DNA of 63,745 nt from a virus (Duplodnaviria > Caudoviricetes): positions 1 to 63,745 of IMG/VR virus record IMGVR_UViG_3300046723_000060. One strand, written 5' to 3'. The notes under the pieces are model-generated. The model did not search any database. It was given only the letters and a program-made list of their open reading frames with translations, and had not been told where the DNA came from. The first letter of the stretch is position 1; each line of letters opens with the position of its first letter. Position numbers and translations under genes: made by a program. Of the stretch, positions 55,982 through 63,745 are shown in pieces.

Positions 55982-56970
55982 CGGACTGGGACCTCCGTAT
56001 GGGAACCACTGTATATTGCCTTTCGAGGGACGTAAAGCGATAGTTGTGTAAGGTCAACCGGCTCAGCAACGTGGCACACACTTTGGAAATGGCACGGTGA
56101 ATACAAGTCGCACGCCCCTCTACTCATCGGCTCAGCGATATACGGCCGGCGCTCCTCAATCAATCTCATCATGTCTGAGGCTTCCCTAATCAACTGATAC
56201 TTGGTATCACGGATGACATTCTCTAGCGGTAACTCCACTTGCTGGTCCTGCAACAACGGTTGTATCGCTCCCTGCTTCCATGCCTGATCTATCCACTCAT
56301 CTACATCCAATCTATGCTGGTCGAGCAACTGTACAGGCTTCCAGTTGGTATCCTCCGGCTTAACCCACTTCCAATGAACGTTAGGTATGCCGGGATGAAC
56401 ATAAGCTCTAGTCCATGGAGAGAGAAATCTCGCATTCCTGTTCTGGCCTAACACGATCGCATGGAGTACCAACGGGCAGCCCGACATAACGAGGTCCCCA
56501 AAGGTACGCCACGAATGAAGCTCACGCGAGATGGTGTCATCGTCCCACGACTCAACCGTAACCCATCGGTGTAGAGTGCCCGCATCATCAGCCCAAGATA
56601 GGAACTTCCAGTCGATCTCAGAGGTCAGCCTCGCTGGTTCAGGATCATGCAGCACAGGTAGTACTGTCTTAGCTACTCCATGCAGCACGGATTCAAGCAG
56701 CGATGTCCAACCCTTAGACGCTTGGTAAGGATCCTTACCAATGATATCTAACCCAGGATCAGCTGCTCGTTGTAAGAATACAGACTTAGCATCAGCGGCT
56801 ACCTCAGCCACATCCTTCTGCTTGGTGAGTTCAAGGATTCCACGACGAAGGAGAAGGTCAAAAAGAGTTTTAGGACGAAATCTGGCCAGTCGCCATTCTG
56901 AATTGAGAAGGAAACGACGCTTGCAGGTCTGGAAATCGCCAAGAGACGCCGCATCAACGGTGAACTTCAT
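55978..56970 (-). CDS. Divergent, probably inactive PD-(D/E)XK/Cas4-like protein
   Basis: DAASLGDFQTCKRRF start and PMSRGACDLYSPCHFQSVC end mirror 47850-48716; no clear D.K motif. Confidence 0.55.
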   Translation of the reverse strand: MKFTVDAASLGDFQTCKRRFLLNSEWRLARFRPKTLFDLLLRRGILELTKQKDVAEVAADAKSVFLQRAADPGLDIIGKDPYQASKGWTSLLESVLHGVAKTVLPVLHDPEPARLTSEIDWKFLSWADDAGTLHRWVTVESWDDDTISRELHSWRTFGDLVMSGCPLVLHAIVLGQNRNARFLSPWTRAYVHPGIPNVHWKWVKPEDTNWKPVQLLDQHRLDVDEWIDQAWKQGAIQPLLQDQQVELPLENVIRDTKYQLIREASDMMRLIEERRPYIAEPMSRGACDLYSPCHFQSVCHVAEPVDLTQLSLYVPRKAIYSGSHTEVPVR

Positions 56971-58679
56971 GGCCGTGGAAAGTGACGTAACACAAATGCT
57001 GCAAACTTATCTCCAGCTTTAGACATTGTGCGTAACCCTGGTTGAATTGTTCCATCAGGTAGACGTTTATCAGCGCCAGACCGAGTCTGGTAATCTTGAA
57101 TTATCTCTTCATGAAGAGGATTAGTTCGATCAGGTGGCTGCGTTAAATCAACAAATGTAGTTCCACGAGAAAGAATACTGCTCTTGCCAACCCTAGCCCT
57201 AGCGGCTATCTGACTGCCAATCGTGGGCTTGGCACTAACAGGTATAGGCTCCGGTGTAGGTGAAGGAGGAGTAGTCATCCCACCTGGCCTCTGAACCTGT
57301 GGGAACAGTGTTGGTGAACCTTGCGGCACTTCCGGCAACGCTGCACTACCAATCGGCGTAGCGGTAGAAGTCATGCCAGCAAATGGACTTGGAGCAGGAG
57401 CGGCTAGAGGTGGTTTAGCACCTCTACGAGCGTTGAGAGACGCCGCATGTTGCTCTTTCAACCTCTCCATGTCAGCAAGAGCACCCTGCCGTTCAGCCTC
57501 GATCTCACTCATCCGATCAGCAAACGCCTGATGATCCTCTTCACTAACCTTATCTAGCTTAGACCAATCGGTAATCTCTTTCTGACGAGCCTTCTCCGCA
57601 TCAGCCAGACGGTTAGCTAAGTCCTTCTGCTGTTGCTTAGCCCTGTTAGCAAAGTCCTCCTGCATCTCAGCATAAGCCGCCATACGCTTCTGACGCTCTT
57701 TGAGAATGCTGGCAGGAGATTCACCAGATGGCGTGGCTTTAGGTGGAGCTTCCTGCATCTTACGGATAGCTTCTAATTCAGCCCCGCGATTAGCATAGAA
57801 ATCTTCAGTGGAAGGTAGAGAAGCTCCAGGAAACTCAGGTGGAGGTGGCGGCATACCCTTCTTAGGGATAATGCTCTCTGCTGCTTCTGGTCCAAACATG
57901 AATCCGCCAAACTCACCTAATCCCGGTACTCCGATTAGGTGTCCAAGCCCTGTTCCTGCGAGCCTAGAAGCAGCGTGAACTCCCGGCTTAATCGCTCCCG
58001 TACCACCTTCAGTACGAAGGGCAGTAGCAACCTTACCTGGAACTCCCGCAGCTTTCATGCCCTCACTAGCTAATGGTGACAATGCCAACGCCGCAGGTAC
58101 CGCCGACTGCCCAATAATCTGACCACCTTCACCCTTAGCCGCAAGTTCCTGTTGAGCCAAATCGCTTACGCCAATAAGCGGTCCAGCTCCAGAGATAGCC
58201 GCACTGTAACCAGCCGCAACAGGATTAGTACTAGCTGCTCTCGCTCGAGAATACTCAGCTGCCGCTTCCCGTCCACCCTGAGCCAGTGTACCTTTACTGA
58301 AATCCATGGACGGAGAGCCAACTAGATTTTTCTTAGTGAAGAAGTCAGGATTGAGTGGATTGACAGTTCCACCTTCCGGTGCAGACGGTATCATCCCCTT
58401 AATAGTTTGTAATGCCGCACCACCCGCACCCTTAAGCGATGTGCCTTCTCCAGTGACATTCGATTCAAACTGAGTCTTGGGTGTCGTCTGATAACCCTGC
58501 TTCATATAATCACGCAGATCTTCATTAGGAACCATTCCACGCTTGCCATCTGGCGAGTACATGACCTTATGCGTGGTAGGGATATACCCCTGCTTCAGCG
58601 CATCATCCCAGTTCTCTGCAGGCACAGCCTGAACCTTACCCGTCGTCGGACTCTTAAATTGGACTTGATTGTCAGGCAT
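56967..58679 (-). CDS. Internal virion/DNA ejection protein (putative)
   Basis: Ala/Gly/Pro-rich with coiled coil; repeated SP.GK...VP.E....A/Y.KQGY motif; gene position. Confidence 0.55.
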   Translation of the reverse strand: MPDNQVQFKSPTTGKVQAVPAENWDDALKQGYIPTTHKVMYSPDGKRGMVPNEDLRDYMKQGYQTTPKTQFESNVTGEGTSLKGAGGAALQTIKGMIPSAPEGGTVNPLNPDFFTKKNLVGSPSMDFSKGTLAQGGREAAAEYSRARAASTNPVAAGYSAAISGAGPLIGVSDLAQQELAAKGEGGQIIGQSAVPAALALSPLASEGMKAAGVPGKVATALRTEGGTGAIKPGVHAASRLAGTGLGHLIGVPGLGEFGGFMFGPEAAESIIPKKGMPPPPPEFPGASLPSTEDFYANRGAELEAIRKMQEAPPKATPSGESPASILKERQKRMAAYAEMQEDFANRAKQQQKDLANRLADAEKARQKEITDWSKLDKVSEEDHQAFADRMSEIEAERQGALADMERLKEQHAASLNARRGAKPPLAAPAPSPFAGMTSTATPIGSAALPEVPQGSPTLFPQVQRPGGMTTPPSPTPEPIPVSAKPTIGSQIAARARVGKSSILSRGTTFVDLTQPPDRTNPLHEEIIQDYQTRSGADKRLPDGTIQPGLRTMSKAGDKFAAFVLRHFPRP

Positions 58680-60457
58680 TAGAATGGCTTAAACGAACTG
58701 GCCTTGCTACCAGACTTAGTGGCAGTACCCATATCAGGTGAAGATGGCGGTGGAGAAGTGGACATTCCATACCCAGTCTTAGCCGAACCAATCTCCCGTT
58801 GCCACGCCGCATACTCATTGTTTACCCGGTCCTCGGCAAGTCCAATCATGTTATGCATCGTCTGCGGATCAATCACTACCCCGCGCAGCAGGTCTGGTGT
58901 CATCTCAAACTCATTCCCAATTCCAACTCGCTTCAGTAAAGTAGCCATCCACGGAGCGGAGTTCTGCGCTTCATCAATGATTGGCTGAGTGATTCGGCCA
59001 CCTTTTTGGAGCCCAGTGGTCATACCAATATGGTTATAGAGTAGGTTGATCATCGCCTGCTGGTCGCCCTTAAGTGCTTTAGGCAACGCTTCTTGCATGA
59101 CCTTATATCGAGTAACGGATCCATTGTAAGCGTCATAGGCTTTAGCCACGCCTGGAGGAACTTTACCACCAACGATCCTTGCCCCAGGTGGAAGTCCCAT
59201 TGCAGTTGCTGCATTAGATTGCGGTGAAGAAGACTTCTTTGACTGTGGACCAAAAGCTGGCTTGGATACAGTTGTTCCGCTAGGTTGCATTGAAGGTGTC
59301 GAAACTGGAGTTGGAGGAGCTGGAGTTCCCCCTTTACGTCGCTCGCTAACATTTGTTACAGGAACTAGCGCAGTAGAACCATCTGGTTGCTGAACCGTCT
59401 TCCAAGTCTTAGTTGTAGTTGTCGTATCAGCCGCAGAAGGATAATACTTTTTAGTCCCTTCAGGTAGCGGCTTCCCAGATTGGTCAGTCAGCTTTTTATA
59501 AGCCTCATACCCGATAGCATGGTCGCCATTAGGCATAACCACTTCAACCATCGTTGGCTTCTGGAAGGGAACAGGCTGATCTACCTTACGACCATCCTGA
59601 GTTGAATAAGTCCCTTCAAGTGGATCAAATACAACTGGCTCGCCAGTATCTGGATCGACAAGATTCTTTGCCTGTAGATGACTAGCAGGTCCAAAGGTTC
59701 CTGTGAGGGCGTAACGCTTTGCCGCCATAGAATCTAAGTTTCCGAATATCTGCTTGGCTTCATTAGTCCACCTATTAATCTGTGCTTGGTAGACACGCTG
59801 CTGGTCTGTAAGACCCTGCCCTACCTGTGCCTGATGTTGTGCAAACGGAGCGGCAACGGATTGTTCTAGCGCACTCGGCTGCGGCCTTACCGGAGGAGGC
59901 GGCGTCATGGTAACGCCATTGTCCATCACTGTCGGCGTCGATCCGGTCGGTGGAGTCATGGTCACTCCACCTTCACCTACCGTAGACCCATACTGTGGCG
60001 TAGGAGGAACTTGCATACCGCCAGGACGGCCCTGCTGTTCCTGTTTACGCCTAAGGATAAAGTCGATAATTCCATGCGCCTTGTCTAGCGCACCTTTCGA
60101 TTCCTTATTGACCCCGATAATCTTTCCATACTGTTGCAGCGCTTCATCTTTCTGCGCGGTCAGATCATCTTGTTCCTGCTGAGTTAATGGACGTTCGCCA
60201 CCGACTCCACCATTAAGTGTAGGATCCCATTTCGTACCCTTGGCTATTTGACCGATTGCTGTAGCCGCATTGGTACGATACATCTGAGCATGAGCAACTC
60301 TCTGCTGATGATGCGCTTGAAGTGCCTTATCAAGCGAACCTCCAGGCTCAGCCATCGCTCCAAGGAATCCTTCAGGACGATCAGGGCCTACAGATCCTTG
60401 AGGAACCTGTGAGGCTTCATCGAAGGAATCAGTCAATACTGGAGGTTTAGTAGCCAT
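58679..60457 (-). CDS. Internal virion/DNA ejection protein (putative)
   Basis: Low-complexity Gln/Pro/Gly composition; follows the pilot-like gene. Confidence 0.55.
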   Translation of the reverse strand: MATKPPVLTDSFDEASQVPQGSVGPDRPEGFLGAMAEPGGSLDKALQAHHQQRVAHAQMYRTNAATAIGQIAKGTKWDPTLNGGVGGERPLTQQEQDDLTAQKDEALQQYGKIIGVNKESKGALDKAHGIIDFILRRKQEQQGRPGGMQVPPTPQYGSTVGEGGVTMTPPTGSTPTVMDNGVTMTPPPPVRPQPSALEQSVAAPFAQHQAQVGQGLTDQQRVYQAQINRWTNEAKQIFGNLDSMAAKRYALTGTFGPASHLQAKNLVDPDTGEPVVFDPLEGTYSTQDGRKVDQPVPFQKPTMVEVVMPNGDHAIGYEAYKKLTDQSGKPLPEGTKKYYPSAADTTTTTKTWKTVQQPDGSTALVPVTNVSERRKGGTPAPPTPVSTPSMQPSGTTVSKPAFGPQSKKSSSPQSNAATAMGLPPGARIVGGKVPPGVAKAYDAYNGSVTRYKVMQEALPKALKGDQQAMINLLYNHIGMTTGLQKGGRITQPIIDEAQNSAPWMATLLKRVGIGNEFEMTPDLLRGVVIDPQTMHNMIGLAEDRVNNEYAAWQREIGSAKTGYGMSTSPPPSSPDMGTATKSGSKASSFKPF

Positions 60458-61087
60458 TTATATAGCCATTGCTCCTGCGAGGAGCTTCTCAAAAGAATCA
60501 GATAAATCCTTAACATGCTGTCTATGAATCTGTTCCGACTGTCCACGAGAATAAAGTGCCAGTTTGCCTAGATCGCCAGCGGTTGACGACGCTAGTCCTC
60601 CTGCTTGAATTCCCTGTCCAGTCTCACCAAGACCTACACTCGATTCAGCCTGACCTACACCAGCCTCGCCTTGCGCTCCAGCGGTTCTAGCTCCAAATAG
60701 CATATTGTCTATCTTCGACATCAAGTCAGTATCGCGTTGCTGATTTACACCTACCGCTCCACCGCCTCGAGCCGTACCCATTTCACCCAGTTGGCGCTTC
60801 TCAGCATCAGATTGAGCTAGTGCGGCATTAGACGCTGGAGCTACTGCTGAAAGTGCAGTTGACCTGTCACCACTTGCTAGTTTCTTGAAGTATCCACCAG
60901 CATCACCTAGGTCCTGTACCCCAGCCGCTGTAGTAGCTTGACCTGTCTTAGCCTGCTGCTGAGCAAAAGGTAACGCCCAATTGAAAGTATTCTTGAGGTC
61001 ACTGAACGAAGTCAGTTGATTGGATCTATCGGTTTTGGCGCTACTACCACCAACATTATTGAAGATTCCTTGCAATAGTCCTGACAT
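60458..61087 (-). CDS. DNA transfer/pilot protein (P22 gp7-like role)
   Basis: Gly/Ala/Gln-rich, 209 aa, first gene of the ejection trio. Confidence 0.5.
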   Translation of the reverse strand: MSGLLQGIFNNVGGSSAKTDRSNQLTSFSDLKNTFNWALPFAQQQAKTGQATTAAGVQDLGDAGGYFKKLASGDRSTALSAVAPASNAALAQSDAEKRQLGEMGTARGGGAVGVNQQRDTDLMSKIDNMLFGARTAGAQGEAGVGQAESSVGLGETGQGIQAGGLASSTAGDLGKLALYSRGQSEQIHRQHVKDLSDSFEKLLAGAMAI

Positions 61088-61503
61088 TAGTGAACCTCTT
61101 TCACCGTCGGTACACCCACTCCCAACGTGATATACACCGGAGACGTTACCTTATGCATTCCGTGTTTCTCGCACAATCTCGGTACATGCGGCGAATCCGC
61201 TACCACAAACCATCCACGCGCCTGACAGTCAATCAAATATCCAATGCTATCTGCAGCCAACTTATCCGCTATTCCCGTACCGCGGTAGGCTTTCTCAACC
61301 ACTAAAGGTCCCGCAAAGGGAAGCATTTGTAGTACGGACATTCCTATAATCTCTCCATTAGCTTCAGCAACATAGATGCGCGACATCTCACGATTGAGTG
61401 GTGACCATCCACGCGAGGCTAGAACATTGTCAACGCGAGCCCAATCCTCATCAGTCGAGAGTGGCCCATCAATCCAGCGATATACTATTTCGTTAGTTTT
61501 CAT
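61087..61503 (-). CDS. GNAT-family acetyltransferase
   Basis: YVAEANGEIIG, VVEKAYRGTGIA..L, CEKHGM. Confidence 0.8.
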   Translation of the reverse strand: MKTNEIVYRWIDGPLSTDEDWARVDNVLASRGWSPLNREMSRIYVAEANGEIIGMSVLQMLPFAGPLVVEKAYRGTGIADKLAADSIGYLIDCQARGWFVVADSPHVPRLCEKHGMHKVTSPVYITLGVGVPTVKEVH

Positions 61504-61507
61504 GTTG

Positions 61508-61942
61508 TTAAATTATGAGCGTTATTTGCGCTCCGTCGCCCGTATTGTCGCTATCTACCCACAGTAGATACGGGCTGAATTTCAGCGTCTCTTGCGACGG
61601 AGAACCGATCACCCCAGTTGTTCCTGCTGGAATAGTGAGAATAATACAGCCAAGATCCGTTCGGTTATTGCTGCCGGTGCTGCTTTTCTGTATTACGTAT
61701 ATATTCCCAGTGTTATTGGTCAGACCATTGCCGCCGTTAGACTTCATGCCCTGAACAATGACCTGATTGCAGCGCACGGTATACTCGCCGGCTCCAGCTG
61801 TCCCAGGCGTTGCCGTCTGTGGAGCGTTGAGATTACCAGAATCAACCAGTGACATAATGCTTACAGGAGTTCCAGCCGTAGTTACGATATTCCCTAGCTG
61901 CCAGAACGGTCCATTGGGATTCTTCGATACTCCATTTGACAT
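61508..61942 (-). CDS. Virion-associated hypothetical protein, paralog of 6444-6878
   Basis: End-to-end motif similarity; AGGAG RBS. Confidence 0.65.
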   Translation of the reverse strand: MSNGVSKNPNGPFWQLGNIVTTAGTPVSIMSLVDSGNLNAPQTATPGTAGAGEYTVRCNQVIVQGMKSNGGNGLTNNTGNIYVIQKSSTGSNNRTDLGCIILTIPAGTTGVIGSPSQETLKFSPYLLWVDSDNTGDGAQITLII

Positions 61943-61951
61943 TGTTTCTCC

Positions 61952-63727
61952 TTAAAATGGGCTAGGCGTGACTGTTGCCACAAAAGCATCCGACGCCCCG
62001 TTGCAGTGAATCGTCGCAGTAGTAGTATTGGTCGCAGTCACCTGAACTCCCGTTGAACCGCTGGTTGTAGGAGCCACCACTACTAATGGAGCAAAGGCAT
62101 ACGTTCCTCCAAAAGTTACCGTTGCGGCGTTAGTGGTGCAAGTCCCCGCTTGCGTTTCTGAAGCCGTAACTTGCTGAGTTCCATTGAGTGTAACTCCTCC
62201 GCCAAGTCCGCTGATGACTACACCACCTTCATTAACCAGCTTGCTTCCGACAACATCGGCATAAACCTTTCCAGAAGCACGAGCACGTAGGTCAACGTTC
62301 TGCAATGTAACCGTTCCCGAAGCAACTAGTTCAATCGCTCCGCTGGTCGTGGAACCAGTAGTATTGCCAAACCACAAGTTAGAATCCCTGAATACCGCCA
62401 CCCCTCCAGCAGTACGGTTACTGAATCCAATCATCTGATTGGTTACGTTAGTTCCAAATCCAGTCTGGATATTGCATAGAGTGCATTGCATGTTTCCGGA
62501 GTTGGCATGGAAGATTGCGTACATTATGTTGTTCCCGCTCGGTGTAAATTGCGCAAGAGAAATACCGCAATCATAACAAGTAAAATTGGGAGTTCCAGCG
62601 GCGCCAGCCGGACCTACAACAGTTATACCTACTTGAGCACTATTCTCAATCCTCAATCTGACTGCGTTTAGGCTTGGACCAGTACCACCAATCGCTAAGC
62701 CGTTAACGCCTACCGTTCCACAGCCAGAGTTGTCTACCTCGAACCAGCGCTCCCAAGCGCTATAGACAATACCAAGCGTACTGTTAAATCCGGTACCGTC
62801 ATTACCACCGATGTTGATACAGTTGAAGTTCTGTAACGCTCCTGGCCCTTGCGTATAGATTAGCCACTTGCCAGCAATGTTCGGAGCTTTCATATTTCCG
62901 CCACCGGTAAGCGTAAAGTTATCCCACTGTCCACCGATGACGCGCACGAAACAAGCTGAACCAGCGCTGCCGGATGCACCGTGGGTGCAAGCGCCAGTGC
63001 CTGGGAAAGACGGTCCCAGATATAATGTCGTAGATGAACGTCCGCGGCCAGATATCCTTAAACCGCCAGCATAGAATATATTGCCAAACTGAGCAGCACC
63101 AGAAAATCCAGCCAAAGCCGGGTTATTTGTGCATCCAGCAGGGTTAGTATAGAAGTGTGGTCTCTCTATCCAGTAGTTACCAGCGGCCATTTCAACGTGA
63201 GGGCAGGAAGCGATATAGGTAGTAAGTAGAGTATCGACCGAATCAAATGCTGTGTCATCTGAATTACCCCAAATAAAACAAGCATTAGCCCCTGAGTTAG
63301 CTGCAGGGTTAGCGCTTAGAGTTACTGTTGTAGAACTGGCGAAAGTAATTGTTCTAGTTATGCTATCGGAGATTGCACCGGTGCCGCCGTTACTTCCAAA
63401 GGCTTGGCATGTAGTCCAGCCCATAGCATTCTTTCCAGTATCAGCAGAGACAAACGGAGCATCAGTGCAGGTGACTGTAGCTGAGCCGGTAGTCCAGCTA
63501 CAAGTGTTATCTATTACCGTATTCGCTGGAGTGTTGTAACAATTATTTGTGTTGGAGGCGTTACAGAATGGAGATAGCGCGATCATGCCGGGAGCTAATG
63601 GCTGAGCCTGTACCGGAAGACTTCCTGTTCCCCCTCCGCTAACATTGGTCTGGCCGCCACCACCAACACCAGACTGGGCAAAGGTTGTCGTCGTAAAGAT
63701 CAATAGGATAAATAAGAGTCGTTTCAT
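61952..63727 (-). CDS. Exported beta-helix tailspike-like protein
   Basis: Signal peptide MKRLLFILLIFTTTTFA; WGNSDDTAFD and LRISGRGRSSTTL tailspike-type motifs; C-terminal VTFGGTYAFAP.VVV module. Confidence 0.7.
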   Translation of the reverse strand: MKRLLFILLIFTTTTFAQSGVGGGGQTNVSGGGTGSLPVQAQPLAPGMIALSPFCNASNTNNCYNTPANTVIDNTCSWTTGSATVTCTDAPFVSADTGKNAMGWTTCQAFGSNGGTGAISDSITRTITFASSTTVTLSANPAANSGANACFIWGNSDDTAFDSVDTLLTTYIASCPHVEMAAGNYWIERPHFYTNPAGCTNNPALAGFSGAAQFGNIFYAGGLRISGRGRSSTTLYLGPSFPGTGACTHGASGSAGSACFVRVIGGQWDNFTLTGGGNMKAPNIAGKWLIYTQGPGALQNFNCINIGGNDGTGFNSTLGIVYSAWERWFEVDNSGCGTVGVNGLAIGGTGPSLNAVRLRIENSAQVGITVVGPAGAAGTPNFTCYDCGISLAQFTPSGNNIMYAIFHANSGNMQCTLCNIQTGFGTNVTNQMIGFSNRTAGGVAVFRDSNLWFGNTTGSTTSGAIELVASGTVTLQNVDLRARASGKVYADVVGSKLVNEGGVVISGLGGGVTLNGTQQVTASETQAGTCTTNAATVTFGGTYAFAPLVVVAPTTSGSTGVQVTATNTTTATIHCNGASDAFVATVTPSPF

Positions 63728-63745
63728 TTCTATCTCACTCCTAAT
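63622..63745. repeat. Terminal direct repeat (circular assembly overlap), copy 2
   Basis: Identical to 1-124. Confidence 0.95.

Overview
The window is a complete, circularly permuted tailed-phage genome of about 63.6 kb; bases 1-124 repeat exactly at 63622-63745. The layout is podovirus-like. The minus strand carries the late module: terminase, portal, scaffold, capsid, adaptor and nozzle, ejection proteins, a six-gene glycosyl/methyltransferase cluster, and several adhesin or tail-fibre-like proteins that unexpectedly have signal peptides. The plus strand carries many small early genes, a recombination module and lysis-type genes. No integrase, DNA polymerase or tRNA was recognised. Top finding: a gap-free 300-bp array of 60 pentamers with consensus GGY-NN (48719-49018) lies directly upstream of a stand-alone 202-aa RAMP/Cas7-like gene (49041-49649), between a Cas4-like nuclease and a RecT/Bet-like annealase. 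This looks like a minimal phage RNA-guided system with a non-contiguous guide code, matching my recollection of VIPR-type systems. Second finding: a late-strand hairpin RNA (26520-26600) whose loop is the exact antisense of a GGAGGCAAC(C) ribosome-binding motif shared by seven early genes, including the RAMP gene. All product calls come from reading motifs by eye; no database searches were run.
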